A stretch of DNA of 64,000 bases from an uncultured Bacteroidales bacterium (GTDB lineage Bacteria > Bacteroidota > Bacteroidia > Bacteroidales > JAUNSR01). Under the pieces are notes generated by a model that worked only from the letters and a program-made list of their open reading frames with translations, had not been told where the DNA came from and ran no database searches. Both the position numbers and the translations under genes were made by a program. Below are positions 21,628 through 31,802 of the stretch, piece after piece. The DNA lies in assembly GCA_947074105.1 (NCBI GenBank), contig CAMTON010000002.1:24003-88002 (forward strand), in the 5' to 3' direction. Position 1 is the first letter of the stretch, and each line of letters starts with the position of its first letter.

Positions 21628-24600
21628 ATGAAAAACAAATTATTAACGCTTGGTTCTCTTGCCTGTGCTATTGCTGTCAATGCGCAGGGGAATTATGAAA
21701 AGAACCTTATTCTTAATTACCAGTTCGACGAAGTCAAGAACGAGACTTCAATCGTCGATAAATCTTCTAAAAAGAATCACGGAGTTTTAAAAGGTAACGG
21801 AGCCGTAGTTGCAAATGGTGAGCTATATCTGCCGGGCGGAAATCCTGGTTCAGATGCAGCTTTTATCGAACTTCCCAAAGGAATGTTTGATAATCAGAAT
21901 ACGCTTACAATTTCTGTTTGGTTGAAAAACGAAACAGGAAAAGCCAATTGCGCGGCAATGTATTTTGGTATGCCTGAATCTCTGCCTACACAATACTGGC
22001 TGATTAATCCGTCAAACCGTTCGGGAAATTTCAAGACTGTATTTACAAACAGTGTTGACAAAGAATCTCCATGGAAATGTGAATATGGTATTTCTCCTAC
22101 TATTTCAACAAACGGAGTTATCGGGCCAAATACAGGCAATGACTGGACATATTATACCACAGTGATTTCTCCGGAAAATATCACTTCGTTTATCAACGGA
22201 AAAGAAGTAGGTAACGTTGCTCTTAGCAGAACAGTAAGTGATTTCGGTGCTGACCTTGTAGGTTTCATCGGTAAATCTGCTTACAACGATCCTCACTTCA
22301 AAGGCTCGATCAAGAACCTTAAAATATATAACACCGTACTTCCATATTCAGAGATCGTAAACGAGTATTATCTTGGTTGTGACGCGTCTTCTGTAATCGC
22401 GACACTTGAAGGTGATGCAAGATTCGTGAATATCGACAAATCAGTCCTTTCAGATCTTTCTCTTCCTTCAAAAGGAAACAGCGGATGTATTATCAGCTGG
22501 AAATCAGATGCGGAATCAGCTTTATCTAAATCAGGTAAAGTAAAACGTCACAAGAAGACTGATAAAGATGTGAAACTTACGGCGACATTCACTCTTGGAG
22601 GAAGAAGCATAACAAGAGACTTCGATACGAAAGTTCTTGCGAACAACGTAAAAAATGACGTTGATCATGCTTCAGGAAAATATGATCTTGGAATCAGATA
22701 CGTTACAGGTTCACTTAATCTTCCTACAACAACAGGAGAGAACTGTACTATCGACTGGAGCAGCAACTCTGAACATCTTTCTGCAGACGGCAGTGTAAAA
22801 CGTCCAGCTGTAGGTGCAGGTGACAAAAAAGTAACTCTTACAGCCAACATCAATAAAGATGGTTATTTTGTAACTAAGAAATTTGATGTGACAGTAGCAG
22901 AAGAAACATACGGCTATCTTATGAGTTATATCCTTGAGGGAGATAATGAAAGAGCATGCAGCTTCTTTGCGGCAAGCAGTACTGACGGAAAGAATTTCAC
23001 GGCACTTAATAATCAGAAAGCTCTTATCTATCCTCTGGCGGGAACAAAGAAACTTCGCACACCTTCGATTTTTAGAAAACCTGAAGGAGCTTACGGAGTC
23101 ATAGCTTCTGACAATAACCTGTCGGGTGTAATCGTTTATCACTCAAACGATCTTCTTGAATATGTTGATGAAACATACTTCCCGATAGCTCCGCAGGGTG
23201 TAAACATCAAGAATCTTTCATGTGAATATGATCTTAACAGAAAAGCTTATGTGATCAGCTGGATCGGATCTGATAATAAATATTACAAGTCTGTTTCTCG
23301 CGATCTTAAATCTGTTGTTTCAACGGAAGAATCTGAGCCTTTCACTCTTGCTTCAAACAATGTGTCATTTGACGGTAAGGAAACTTCGGTTATCGGTCTT
23401 ACTAAGAATGAATACGATAAAGTGACAAGAAAATTCGCTAAACTTCAGAATACAGGAGTAAACGAATTCAGTTGTGTTTACGTAAAAGACGGCAAATCAC
23501 CTCGTCTTCCTCAGAAAGCAACTCTTAACTACAGCGACGGTTCATCTAAACAACTTGGAGTAGAGTGGAACGAAAAAGATATTAAGAGTATCAACCTTAA
23601 GAAACCGGGCAAATATGTTGTAAACGGAACTATCAAACAGGTTGAATACAAATCTCCTTTCATCAGCCAGCGTGCCGATCCGTGGGTTCTTAAAGGAACT
23701 GACGGTTACTATTACTTCACAGGTTCTTATCCTATGGTAGGAGCAAAAGATCCTGAAGGTTATGACCGTGTAGTGCTTAGACGTTCAAAAACAATGGAAG
23801 GTCTTATGGAGGCTGAAGAGATCGCAATCTGGGATGAGGCTAATTCAAGAACTAATCACAGATATATCTGGGCTCCTGAAATCCATCAGATCAACGGAGA
23901 ATGGGTAGTATTATTCACTACTTCAATCCACGAAAACAGCGTATGGGGTATCCGTCCGCATATCATTAGATGTAATCAGGGTGAAAAAGATCCTATGAAT
24001 CCTGCTTGCTGGGAAACTGTTGCAAGACCTATGGAAGCTGCTGAAGGTGATGACGTGTCATATTCTCATTTCTCTCTTGACATGACTTACTTCGAAGATA
24101 ACGGCAAACATTATGTTGTATGGGCTCAGGCTATCGGACACTCAAGTCTTGCTATCGCGACTATCGATCCTAAAGAACCATGGAAGAATACAAGCAAATA
24201 TACTCTTCTTACTGCTCCGGAATATGCCTGGGAATGGGAGAACGACTGGGTGAACGAAGGTCCTGCGGTGATAAAAAATAACGGAAAGATCTATATGGCA
24301 TTCTCTGCTTCTTCTGTTAATCATACATATTGTGTAGGTCAGCTTTCTGCAAATGAAGGTGCCGATCTTCTTGATATCAATTCATGGAATAAGATGCGTT
24401 ACCCAATTCTTTCTACCGAAGACCTTCCTGCTGATCAGAACGGTCCGGGACACAACTCTTTCACAGTAGATGAAGACGGTAACCCGATTATCGTGTTCCA
24501 TGCGCGTAATCCTGAAGAAACAATCGACGGAGGTCTGTATGATCCGGGACGTCACGCTTTCGTAAAACGAGTAAACTTCGCTTACGACGGCACACCGGTT

Positions 24601-24672
24601 CTTAACATGACTTCATGTCAGGAACTAAATCCTGAATTTAAAAATGTAAGTATCGAAGTTGTTGTAGAATAA
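21628..24672 (+). CDS. Secreted multidomain glycoside hydrolase family 43 (LamG-like + Ig-like repeats + C-terminal GH43 five-bladed propeller)
   Basis: Signal peptide MKNKLLTLGSLACAIAVNAQG. LamG/ConA-like N-domain ending FKGSIKNLKIYN. Two Ig-like repeats (LSLPSKG...I.W.S..., LNLPTTTG...IDWSS...). C-terminal GH43 blocks RADPWVLKGTDGYYYFTGS, IWAPEIH, NEGPAV and GPGHNSF. Confidence 0.8.
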   Translation: MKNKLLTLGSLACAIAVNAQGNYEKNLILNYQFDEVKNETSIVDKSSKKNHGVLKGNGAVVANGELYLPGGNPGSDAAFIELPKGMFDNQNTLTISVWLKNETGKANCAAMYFGMPESLPTQYWLINPSNRSGNFKTVFTNSVDKESPWKCEYGISPTISTNGVIGPNTGNDWTYYTTVISPENITSFINGKEVGNVALSRTVSDFGADLVGFIGKSAYNDPHFKGSIKNLKIYNTVLPYSEIVNEYYLGCDASSVIATLEGDARFVNIDKSVLSDLSLPSKGNSGCIISWKSDAESALSKSGKVKRHKKTDKDVKLTATFTLGGRSITRDFDTKVLANNVKNDVDHASGKYDLGIRYVTGSLNLPTTTGENCTIDWSSNSEHLSADGSVKRPAVGAGDKKVTLTANINKDGYFVTKKFDVTVAEETYGYLMSYILEGDNERACSFFAASSTDGKNFTALNNQKALIYPLAGTKKLRTPSIFRKPEGAYGVIASDNNLSGVIVYHSNDLLEYVDETYFPIAPQGVNIKNLSCEYDLNRKAYVISWIGSDNKYYKSVSRDLKSVVSTEESEPFTLASNNVSFDGKETSVIGLTKNEYDKVTRKFAKLQNTGVNEFSCVYVKDGKSPRLPQKATLNYSDGSSKQLGVEWNEKDIKSINLKKPGKYVVNGTIKQVEYKSPFISQRADPWVLKGTDGYYYFTGSYPMVGAKDPEGYDRVVLRRSKTMEGLMEAEEIAIWDEANSRTNHRYIWAPEIHQINGEWVVLFTTSIHENSVWGIRPHIIRCNQGEKDPMNPACWETVARPMEAAEGDDVSYSHFSLDMTYFEDNGKHYVVWAQAIGHSSLAIATIDPKEPWKNTSKYTLLTAPEYAWEWENDWVNEGPAVIKNNGKIYMAFSASSVNHTYCVGQLSANEGADLLDINSWNKMRYPILSTEDLPADQNGPGHNSFTVDEDGNPIIVFHARNPEETIDGGLYDPGRHAFVKRVNFAYDGTPVLNMTSCQELNPEFKNVSIEVVVE

Positions 24673-24698
24673 TAATATTCACTATATTCAGAATAATA

Positions 24699-24737
24699 GA
24701 ACGGGCCATTCGGAGTAAAATCCGGATGGCCCGTTTT
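24699..24737 (+). terminator. Rho-independent terminator after GH43
   Basis: AACGGGCCATTCGG / CCGGATGGCCCGTT stem followed by TTTT. Confidence 0.85.
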
Positions 24738-24840
24738 TACTTTTCCGACATTTGTGAACAATCAATTTTTAAACAATCACAGTAACCGCCATGTTTCTTA
24801 TTCGGAATAATGATATCGATAATTAAATAATCTTTTCAAT

Positions 24841-25617
24841 ATGGATATAAATAAGCTTTGGGATCTTAATGGTAAAGTCGCTGTTGTTACTGGCGGAGGT
24901 GACGGAATCGGTAAAGGATGCTGTGTGATGCTGGCAGCTGCAGGAGCAAAAATTGTGGTAAGTGATCTTAGTCCGGAGAAAGCCTCAGCTGTGGCAGACG
25001 GTATTAAACAGAACGGAGGCGAGGCGATAGCAGTTGAGTGTAATGTTCTGAAAGATGAAGATCTTGTGGGAGTGATAGAGAAAGCTGTAGCAGAATACGG
25101 AACAGTAAATATTCTCGTCAATAATGCGGGCGGTGGCGGAGGAGGAAGAGAAAATCCTTTTAAAGTCGATATTGCTTATTTCGAGAGAATATTTTCCCTT
25201 AACTTATTCAGCGCATGGAGGCTTTGCCAGCTGGCAGTCCCTTATATGCATAAATCCGGCTACGGTTCGATTATAAATATAACTTCTATGGGAAGCATAA
25301 ACAAAAGCCCGGATATGAGTGCATATGCATCTTCAAAAGCCGCTTTAAATCATATGGCTGCCAATCTGGCTTATGATTTCGGTCCTTTAAACGTAAGAAT
25401 CAACAATGTCGGCCCGGGAGCGACCGAAACTCATGCTCTCATGACAGTAATGACACCTGAGATAAAAGAAAAAATGCTGGAACATACTCCAATAAAACGG
25501 CTTGGAACAGTTGACGATATAGCAGGTGCAGTTCTTTATTTTGCATGCCCTGTTTCATCATGGGTTAGCGGACAGGTATTGTTTGTTAACGGAGGAGGCG
25601 TACAGACACTTGACTGA
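24841..25617 (+). CDS. hdhA: SDR oxidoreductase, 7-alpha-hydroxysteroid dehydrogenase-like
   Basis: 258 aa. Blocks shared with E. coli HdhA as I recall it: ILVNNAGGGG, ITSM, YASSKAA, TPEIKEKMLEHTPIKRLG and SWVSGQVLFVNGGGVQTL near the C-terminus. Confidence 0.65.
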   Translation: MDINKLWDLNGKVAVVTGGGDGIGKGCCVMLAAAGAKIVVSDLSPEKASAVADGIKQNGGEAIAVECNVLKDEDLVGVIEKAVAEYGTVNILVNNAGGGGGGRENPFKVDIAYFERIFSLNLFSAWRLCQLAVPYMHKSGYGSIINITSMGSINKSPDMSAYASSKAALNHMAANLAYDFGPLNVRINNVGPGATETHALMTVMTPEIKEKMLEHTPIKRLGTVDDIAGAVLYFACPVSSWVSGQVLFVNGGGVQTLD

Positions 25618-25689
25618 TTCTGTCTGAGAAGCATTAATTCTGAAGAAAAAGGCAAAAAACCTCTTATTTAATACTTAAATTACGACTGT

Positions 25690-26643
25690 ATGATATTTTT
25701 CGGGGAAATAATAGCTTTATGTACCTCAATAGTCTGGACCGCTTCCGCGCTTTTTGCAGAAGTATCAAGTAAACGTATCGGTGCAATCTCTCTTAATGTG
25801 CTGATTATGTTTTTTGCCTTTATCTTACTTAATATAACTCTGCTTTGTCTTACCGGCGACCCTTTTCCTCAATATCTTGACCTGCTTTCACTTTACTGGA
25901 TAATAGGTTCCGGAATAATTACATATGTCGTATGCAATTATTTTCTTTTCAATGCCTATGTAATGATCGGTTCCCGCATTACTCAGCTTTTTATGACTCT
26001 TGTGCCACCTACATCGGCATTTGCAGGATGGATATTGCTTAAAGAAAGTCTTACATTACAGGAGATTATCGGAATAGCTGTTACAATGACGGGGATTATA
26101 ATCGCAGTAGGGGGCCGTAGAGATAAGGAGAAAGAGGATACGACGCAGGGCAAAGCTGCTAAACTTTCGATGAAAGGAGTGATATTTGCTGTGGTTGCCG
26201 CTGTTTCTGAAGGTATAGGACTTGTGATGGGTAAAGTCGGCATGATACATTATCATAATAATCTGCCGGAAGGATTGACAAGGCTTGATAACGTGATTCC
26301 CATATCGACATCATTTATAAGAGTCCTTACCGGTTTTTGCGGTTTTATGATGATTGCGATCTTCTCAAAACAGCTTCCTGCCATAAAGAAAGCGGTACAT
26401 GATAAAAAAGGATTTCTTACGGCAGTTATGACAGCTCTGACAGGGCCTTTCGGAGGTGCTACGCTTTCTCTTGTAGCTATGCGTTATTCGAAAGCGGGGA
26501 TTGCCGCAACACTTGTAGAACTTACTCCAATTATGATCATCCTGCCAGCTTATCTTATATTTAAACAGAAGATTCGTGTTCAGGAGATTATAGGCCCGAT
26601 AATAAGCGTATTCGGTGTATCTCTGTTCTTTATAAGGTTCTGA
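25690..26643 (+). CDS. EamA/DMT-superfamily transporter
   Basis: 317 aa, about 10 predicted TM helices in two EamA-like halves separated by a charged loop (GGRRDKEKEDTTQGK). Confidence 0.8.
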   Translation: MIFFGEIIALCTSIVWTASALFAEVSSKRIGAISLNVLIMFFAFILLNITLLCLTGDPFPQYLDLLSLYWIIGSGIITYVVCNYFLFNAYVMIGSRITQLFMTLVPPTSAFAGWILLKESLTLQEIIGIAVTMTGIIIAVGGRRDKEKEDTTQGKAAKLSMKGVIFAVVAAVSEGIGLVMGKVGMIHYHNNLPEGLTRLDNVIPISTSFIRVLTGFCGFMMIAIFSKQLPAIKKAVHDKKGFLTAVMTALTGPFGGATLSLVAMRYSKAGIAATLVELTPIMIILPAYLIFKQKIRVQEIIGPIISVFGVSLFFIRF

Positions 26644-26787
26644 AATGCCGGTTTTAAATTCTGCAAAATATTCCGGTCAAATACCCGATACCGTTAAAGT
26701 CTATGGATTAATTAATATTATCACCCTTAACCTCTGTTCTGTAACTTCAGTTGTAGTTGTTTATCGTTTATAGTATATAAAAAATAC

Positions 26788-26866
26788 GTACAGTGTTAAT
26801 ATGACAACTGTACGGTTGCAATATTAACACTGCCCGGTTGTCATATGACAACCGGGCAGTTGTACG
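26788..26866 (+). repeat. 22-nt-periodic intergenic repeat, copy A
   Basis: GTACAGT | GTTAATATGACAACTGTACGGT | TGCAATATTAACACTGCCCGGT | TGTCATATGACAACCGGGCAGT | TGTACG. Includes a perfect 26-nt palindrome GCCCGGTTGTCATATGACAACCGGGC (26832-26857). Confidence 0.8.
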
Positions 26867-26901
26867 AAAAAGAATCTGAGCAATTTTTCTTTTTAAAACA
26901 G

Positions 26902-26931
26902 AAAAGGATGTACCGACGGGCACATCCTTTT
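26902..26931 (-). terminator. Hairpin terminator downstream of queE (possibly bidirectional)
   Basis: AAAAGGATGT / ACATCCTTTT stem. The minus-strand tail reads TTTTCTGTTTT. Confidence 0.65.
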
Positions 26932-26953
26932 ACTTACATATATTTTGATATGA

Positions 26954-27499
26954 TCAGATAATATTGATCATTTTATGAGTCTGAAGACTTAATCTCCATT
27001 TCGGATTTTTCAGAATATAATCAACAACTTCCTGAGTATTGGTGCATGAGCACGGCTGCAGGTAGTAATGCGAAGCATTCATATTCTCATATTTCGAAAG
27101 ATCCTGACCTGTATAAACTACTTTAAGCTCATCTATACGGCCGATCTTAAGAACCGTATTTTCTTTTGGAGAGCATGTAACCCAGTCAATGGCTTCAGGA
27201 AGAGGATTAGTACCATTAGTTTCGATACATACATACTTTCCTGCTTTATGCAGCTTTTCTATTAGAATATCGTCAATCCATAAAGAAGGTTCACCTCCGG
27301 TAATAATTATATTGTTTGCAGGATATTTGGATATCTCTTCGATAATCTCTTCATCAGACATAAGTTTTCCGTCTTCGTGTGCTGTATCACAGAAGTCACA
27401 TTTCAGATTACATCCTGAAAAGCGAACGAATACGGAAGGTTTGCCGGTATAAAAACCTTCACCCTGAAGTGAATAGAATATTTCATTAATCTTTCTCAT
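26954..27499 (-). CDS. queE: 7-carboxy-7-deazaguanine synthase (radical SAM)
   Basis: INEIFYSLQGEG plus cluster motif CNLKCDFCDT. The ORF track extends to 27535, but the MRKINEIF start (27499) fits QueE N-termini better and reduces the overlap with queD. Confidence 0.9.
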   Translation of the reverse strand: MRKINEIFYSLQGEGFYTGKPSVFVRFSGCNLKCDFCDTAHEDGKLMSDEEIIEEISKYPANNIIITGGEPSLWIDDILIEKLHKAGKYVCIETNGTNPLPEAIDWVTCSPKENTVLKIGRIDELKVVYTGQDLSKYENMNASHYYLQPCSCTNTQEVVDYILKNPKWRLSLQTHKMINII

Positions 27500-27818
27500 A
27501 TACCGCAGTGTTTCCTTCTGATTCCTGAACTTCAACTTTAAAACATGTATCTATCTGATCACAAATCCATTTAGCAAGATTTTCAGCCGTAGGATTGAAA
27601 TCAAGCACGTCGTTAAGATTTTTATGATCAAGTTTGTCGTTAATGGTTTTCTTTATGAAAGTGAAGTCAACCACCATACCATCAGCGTTCAGCTCTTTCG
27701 ATCTGCAGTAAACTTTGATTATCCAGTTGTGGCCATGAAGGGTTTCACATTTGCTGGGATAGGAAAGTGACAAACTGTGGGACGCAGAGATCTCCAGTCT
27801 TTTGATAACTGTATACAT
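27486..27818 (-). CDS. queD: 6-carboxy-5,6,7,8-tetrahydropterin synthase
   Basis: 110 aa. PTPS-fold motifs (ISASHSL, CETLHGHNW, DHKNLND). Confidence 0.9.
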   Translation of the reverse strand: MYTVIKRLEISASHSLSLSYPSKCETLHGHNWIIKVYCRSKELNADGMVVDFTFIKKTINDKLDHKNLNDVLDFNPTAENLAKWICDQIDTCFKVEVQESEGNTAVYEKD

Positions 27819-27888
27819 AAATTTGGAATGAAACTTATTAAAGTAATAATAATTAAAACAGAATCTAATGTCACCTTGATTCTTGCTG

Positions 27889-27896
27889 CAAATATA
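27889..27896 (-). promoter_or_regulatory. Bacteroidota -7 promoter box (TATATTTG on the minus strand) for queD-queE
   Basis: Reverse complement of CAAATATA is TATATTTG, about 70 nt upstream of the queD ATG. Confidence 0.4.
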
Positions 27897-27952
27897 CTTA
27901 TTTTATTTTTAATTTCTGCTCTGAGAGAAACACAGACACATAATAAGCGGAT

Positions 27953-27990
27953 AATAAAAAATCCCGGACTCTCTTTGGAAAATCCGGGAT
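27953..27990 (-). terminator. Rho-independent terminator after yeiH
   Basis: ATCCCGGA / TCCGGGAT stem. On the minus strand it is followed by TTTTTTATT. Confidence 0.7.
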
Positions 27991-28162
27991 GCAATTAATA
28001 AAGTAAAGTGATATTATTCGGATTATCAATCATCACGATTGTATTCGCTATCCTGTTATATTTTTATTTTTTCAGATATATCCGTATTCTCGCGAATAGA
28101 ATAACTAAATGTTACTATGGGTTTAATATCATTGATTCTTTCCTGCCGGAAATGTTTCCGGA

Positions 28163-29107
28163 TTAGAAGAATTTAATAAATGCAAGTGTTGAAACCGCGA
28201 TGAAAGCCCAAAGGATGATTCCTAAAAGCATAGGTTTGAAACCTACGTTTTTGATTACGCTTCTTGAAAGTCCTGCTCCGATAAGGAACAGAGTTAAAAC
28301 AAGAGCTTTCTTAGACAACCATACGATAGCATCTGTAGCGACAACAGGGATAGGAAGATATGTGCTTGCTATCATTGCAAGAACAAAGAACAGGATAAAC
28401 CATGGAATGTTGATCTTAGCGTCTTTGTTTTTGAATACAAGTGTTGTCGCGAAAGCAAGAGGAATAATCCATAATGCACGTGTAAGTTTCACAGTCGTAG
28501 CAACCTGAAGAGCTTCTTCTCCGTAAGCCGCTCCGGCACCGACTACCGAACTTGTGTCATGTATTGCCATCGCTGCCCATGTACCGAACTGTTGCTGCGT
28601 AAGCTCGAAGAAATGTCCGATAGGAGGGAAAATGAATAATGCCACGGCATTAAGAATGAATATTGTCGCAAGAGAAACTGATATTTCACTTTCCGAAGAT
28701 TTTGTAAGAGGAGATACAGCTGCAATTGCGCTGCCTCCGCATATTGCAGTTCCTGCCGATACCAGATAAGAAATGTTGTGGGATAATTTCATAAGTCTCC
28801 CAAGTGTCATTCCTAGTACCATGATTGAAACTACCGAAACTACAGTGATTAACATTCCTTCTTTACCACTCTGAAGCGATGTGTGAAGGTTCATCCCGAA
28901 TCCAAGTCCGATTACCGAATACTGAAGAAGTTTCTTTGAGATTTTTTTTGAATGACCTGTGTAGGGATTACCTATTGTAAGGGCAAAGATCAAACCGGTG
29001 AAAAGGCTTATCGCCGGTGTGGTAAAAGTGCAGGCAATTGCAAGCACGATAAATAGCGCTTTAGTGTAGCGGCTATTCAGTAATGTTAATGCTTTACTGT
29101 TGTTCAT
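28163..29107 (-). CDS. yeiH: YeiH/UPF0324-family membrane protein (putative sulfate-exporter family)
   Basis: 314 aa polytopic membrane protein. Blocks AMAIHDTSSVVGAG, GTAICGGSAIAA and KLTRALWIIP are typical of UPF0324. Confidence 0.75.
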   Translation of the reverse strand: MNNSKALTLLNSRYTKALFIVLAIACTFTTPAISLFTGLIFALTIGNPYTGHSKKISKKLLQYSVIGLGFGMNLHTSLQSGKEGMLITVVSVVSIMVLGMTLGRLMKLSHNISYLVSAGTAICGGSAIAAVSPLTKSSESEISVSLATIFILNAVALFIFPPIGHFFELTQQQFGTWAAMAIHDTSSVVGAGAAYGEEALQVATTVKLTRALWIIPLAFATTLVFKNKDAKINIPWFILFFVLAMIASTYLPIPVVATDAIVWLSKKALVLTLFLIGAGLSRSVIKNVGFKPMLLGIILWAFIAVSTLAFIKFF

Positions 29108-29192
29108 CTATTTTTCTATTTTGTACTTCTTATTTTTCGATTACAAAATTAGTTAGATGATTTAAAAAAATGTTATCAAAAAAAATGATAGA

Positions 29193-30089
29193 TTATAACT
29201 TTTTGTTATGACTTAAAGTAAAACGCTGAAATATATCGACATTAGGATTGACCGCGCCGTGAAGAGTGCAGAATTTGAAACTTCTTTCAATTGTAAGATC
29301 CTCAATATCAATGATCTTTAAAGCTCCTGACTTGAGTTCGTTTATAATAGCCCTTACAGATATAAAAGCTACGCAATCGCTTTTACGAAGAAAATTCTTT
29401 ATACTTTCCGAATTGCCGAGATGTAAAAGTATATCCATATTGTCGAGAGATATTCCTTTTTTTGATAAACAGTCATTTATTACTTCCAGAGATCCGGAGC
29501 CGAATTCTCTTAGAACTATAGGCATAACGAGCAGTTTGGAGATATCAATGCTTTCTATATCTCCGAATATGGAATTAGATCTTGTCACCAGTACAATTTC
29601 ATCGTCAAGAAAAGGAGTATATTTTATTGCTTGCTCTTTATGGATTCCTTCAACCATTCCGATATCGATGCGCTGTTCAAGAAGAGCTTTCTCTATTTCA
29701 CGTGAATTACCGTTAATGAGTTCAACTTTAAGGTCTGGATAGGTTTTCATAAACTGGGCAAGGAGAGAGGGTATCACATATTGGCCTATTGTGGTGCTTG
29801 CACCGATACTCAGTTTGCCTACAAAGTTGTTGTTTATCCTGTTCATTTCGAACTGAAGCTCATTATAACTGTCAATTATCTTTTCTGCATGTGATAGGAA
29901 TATTTCACCTGCATTTGTAAGTATCGTATTTTGTCCGCTACGGTCTATAAGACGGATATTATAGGCAGATTCAAGTTCTCGTATGTGTTTGCTTATGGCC
30001 GGCTGAGTGATATGAAGTTCATTTGCCGCTTTAGTAAAGCTTTTGTTTTTTGCTACACTGATGAATACTTTTAGTCTGAAATCCGCCAT
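29193..30089 (-). CDS. LysR-family transcriptional regulator
   Basis: 298 aa. N-terminal HTH FISVAKNKSFTKAANELHITQPAISKHIRELE followed by a periplasmic-binding-like effector domain. Confidence 0.9.
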   Translation of the reverse strand: MADFRLKVFISVAKNKSFTKAANELHITQPAISKHIRELESAYNIRLIDRSGQNTILTNAGEIFLSHAEKIIDSYNELQFEMNRINNNFVGKLSIGASTTIGQYVIPSLLAQFMKTYPDLKVELINGNSREIEKALLEQRIDIGMVEGIHKEQAIKYTPFLDDEIVLVTRSNSIFGDIESIDISKLLVMPIVLREFGSGSLEVINDCLSKKGISLDNMDILLHLGNSESIKNFLRKSDCVAFISVRAIINELKSGALKIIDIEDLTIERSFKFCTLHGAVNPNVDIFQRFTLSHNKKL

Positions 30090-30364
30090 ATTATGTTATT
30101 TATTGATATTATATTCTGTTCACAGTAACGAATATATGAAAAATTAATTAATAGCTTTTTCCCTTAATAACAATATTATGCTGATAAAAGCATCTTTTCG
30201 ATAATAAAATGTGATTAAAATGTCCCTAAATGTGATATATTTTAAATATCCGATTGGTTTTGATTATGAATTAGTTTAATTTAGCGAAAAATTTAAAATC
30301 ACATCAGTGATCTTATTTTTAGTTAATGATAACATTGAAACGTTGAATCTCACATACTATTACG

Positions 30365-31669
30365 ATGAAATATTTACATCCGGAACTGGAGACGATGGCG
30401 CGTCCCGAATTAGAACAATACCAGCTGAACAGACTTAAAGGAATCTTGGATAAAGTATCGAAAACACCTTTTTATTCACAGAAATTTAATGAAGCCGGAA
30501 TTGATATCTCTGATATAAACTCAATTGACGATATACGTAAACTGCCTTTTACTACTAAAGAAGATCTTCGAAATAATTATCCTTACGGAATGGCCGCAGT
30601 ACCGATGGAAGAGGTGGTGAGAATCCATTCTTCAAGCGGAACGACCGGAAATCCTACCGTAGTGCTTCATTCTCAACAGGATCTTGACTGGTGGGCGGAG
30701 CAGGTTGCCCGTTGTCTGTATATGGTCGGACTAAGAAAATCGGATGTTTTCCAGAATAGTTCAGGTTATGGTATGTTTACAGGAGGACTCGGTTTTCAGT
30801 ACGGAGCGGAGAAACTTGGTATGATAACTGTGCCGGCTGCTGCGGGAAACAGTAAACGACAGGTGAAGTTCATTGTTGATTTCGGAACTACTGCAATTCA
30901 TGCGATTCCGAGTTATGCGACACGTCTTGCAGAGGTAATGGCGGAAGAGGGATATGGCATAGGTCATAAACCTACTAATCTTAAAACCCTTGTCATCGGA
31001 GCGGAACCTCATTCAGAGGAGCAGAGAAAAAGAATAGAAGAAGTACTTGGCGTTAAAGCATACAATAGTTACGGGCTTTCGGAAATGTGTGGTCCCGGAG
31101 TCGCTTTTGAGTGTACGGAGCAGAACGGACTGCATATATGGGAAGACAGTTATATAGTGGAAATTGTGGATCCTGTCACTCTTGAGCCTGTAAAAGAAGG
31201 AGAGATAGGGGAACTTGTACTTACTACTCTTAAGCGTGATGCCATGCCGATTATAAGATATCGTACACGTGACCTTACGAGCTTTATGCCGGGAGAGTGT
31301 CCTTGCGGACGTACTCACCGCAGAATTGCGAGACTTCAGGGAAGAAGTGATGATATGATAATTCTCAAAGGAGTTAATATTTTTCCTATTCAGATCGAAA
31401 AGATATTATTGCAGTTTAAGGAACTTAGCACTAATTATCTTATCACTCTTAAGACTGAAAATAATAATGATGAGATGATAGTGGAAGTTGAACTTAATGA
31501 ACTTTACAGTGATGATTATAATGAAATAAAAGCACTTGGCCGTGAAATTACAAGACAACTTAAAGATGAACTCCTTGTAACTCCTACAGTTAAGTTTATA
31601 AATAAGGGAGGTCTGCCTCAGTCGGAGGGAAAAGCGGTAAGAGTAAAAGATCTCAGAAATTTCAAATAA
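30365..31669 (+). CDS. paaK: Phenylacetate-CoA ligase family adenylate-forming enzyme
   Basis: 434 aa. SSGTTGNPTVV AMP motif, YGLSEM, RYRTRD, and a small ACT-like C-terminal domain as in Bacteroides PaaK-type ligases. Confidence 0.8.
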   Translation: MKYLHPELETMARPELEQYQLNRLKGILDKVSKTPFYSQKFNEAGIDISDINSIDDIRKLPFTTKEDLRNNYPYGMAAVPMEEVVRIHSSSGTTGNPTVVLHSQQDLDWWAEQVARCLYMVGLRKSDVFQNSSGYGMFTGGLGFQYGAEKLGMITVPAAAGNSKRQVKFIVDFGTTAIHAIPSYATRLAEVMAEEGYGIGHKPTNLKTLVIGAEPHSEEQRKRIEEVLGVKAYNSYGLSEMCGPGVAFECTEQNGLHIWEDSYIVEIVDPVTLEPVKEGEIGELVLTTLKRDAMPIIRYRTRDLTSFMPGECPCGRTHRRIARLQGRSDDMIILKGVNIFPIQIEKILLQFKELSTNYLITLKTENNNDEMIVEVELNELYSDDYNEIKALGREITRQLKDELLVTPTVKFINKGGLPQSEGKAVRVKDLRNFK

Positions 31670-31802
31670 GAATTTTTGATACATGTCATAAGAAATCCGG
31701 CAATATGGAGGAACATGATAATTACATGATTAAATATTCATATTGGCTTTACTCTGTATTTGAAATATAGGTTTCAGATAAAAAATTAAATTCAGATAGT
31801 AT

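Noticed and set aside
26788-26866. Possibility that the 22-nt repeats are a degenerate or mini CRISPR array.
   Set aside because: The units are contiguous with no spacers. There are only 3-4 units per locus and the units diverge internally. There is no leader and no cas gene anywhere in the window.
27819-27888. preQ1 riboswitch in the queD-queE leader.
   Set aside because: The roughly 65-nt leader contains only a weak AGAATC/GATTCT hairpin. I could not find the conserved preQ1-I, -II or -III cores.
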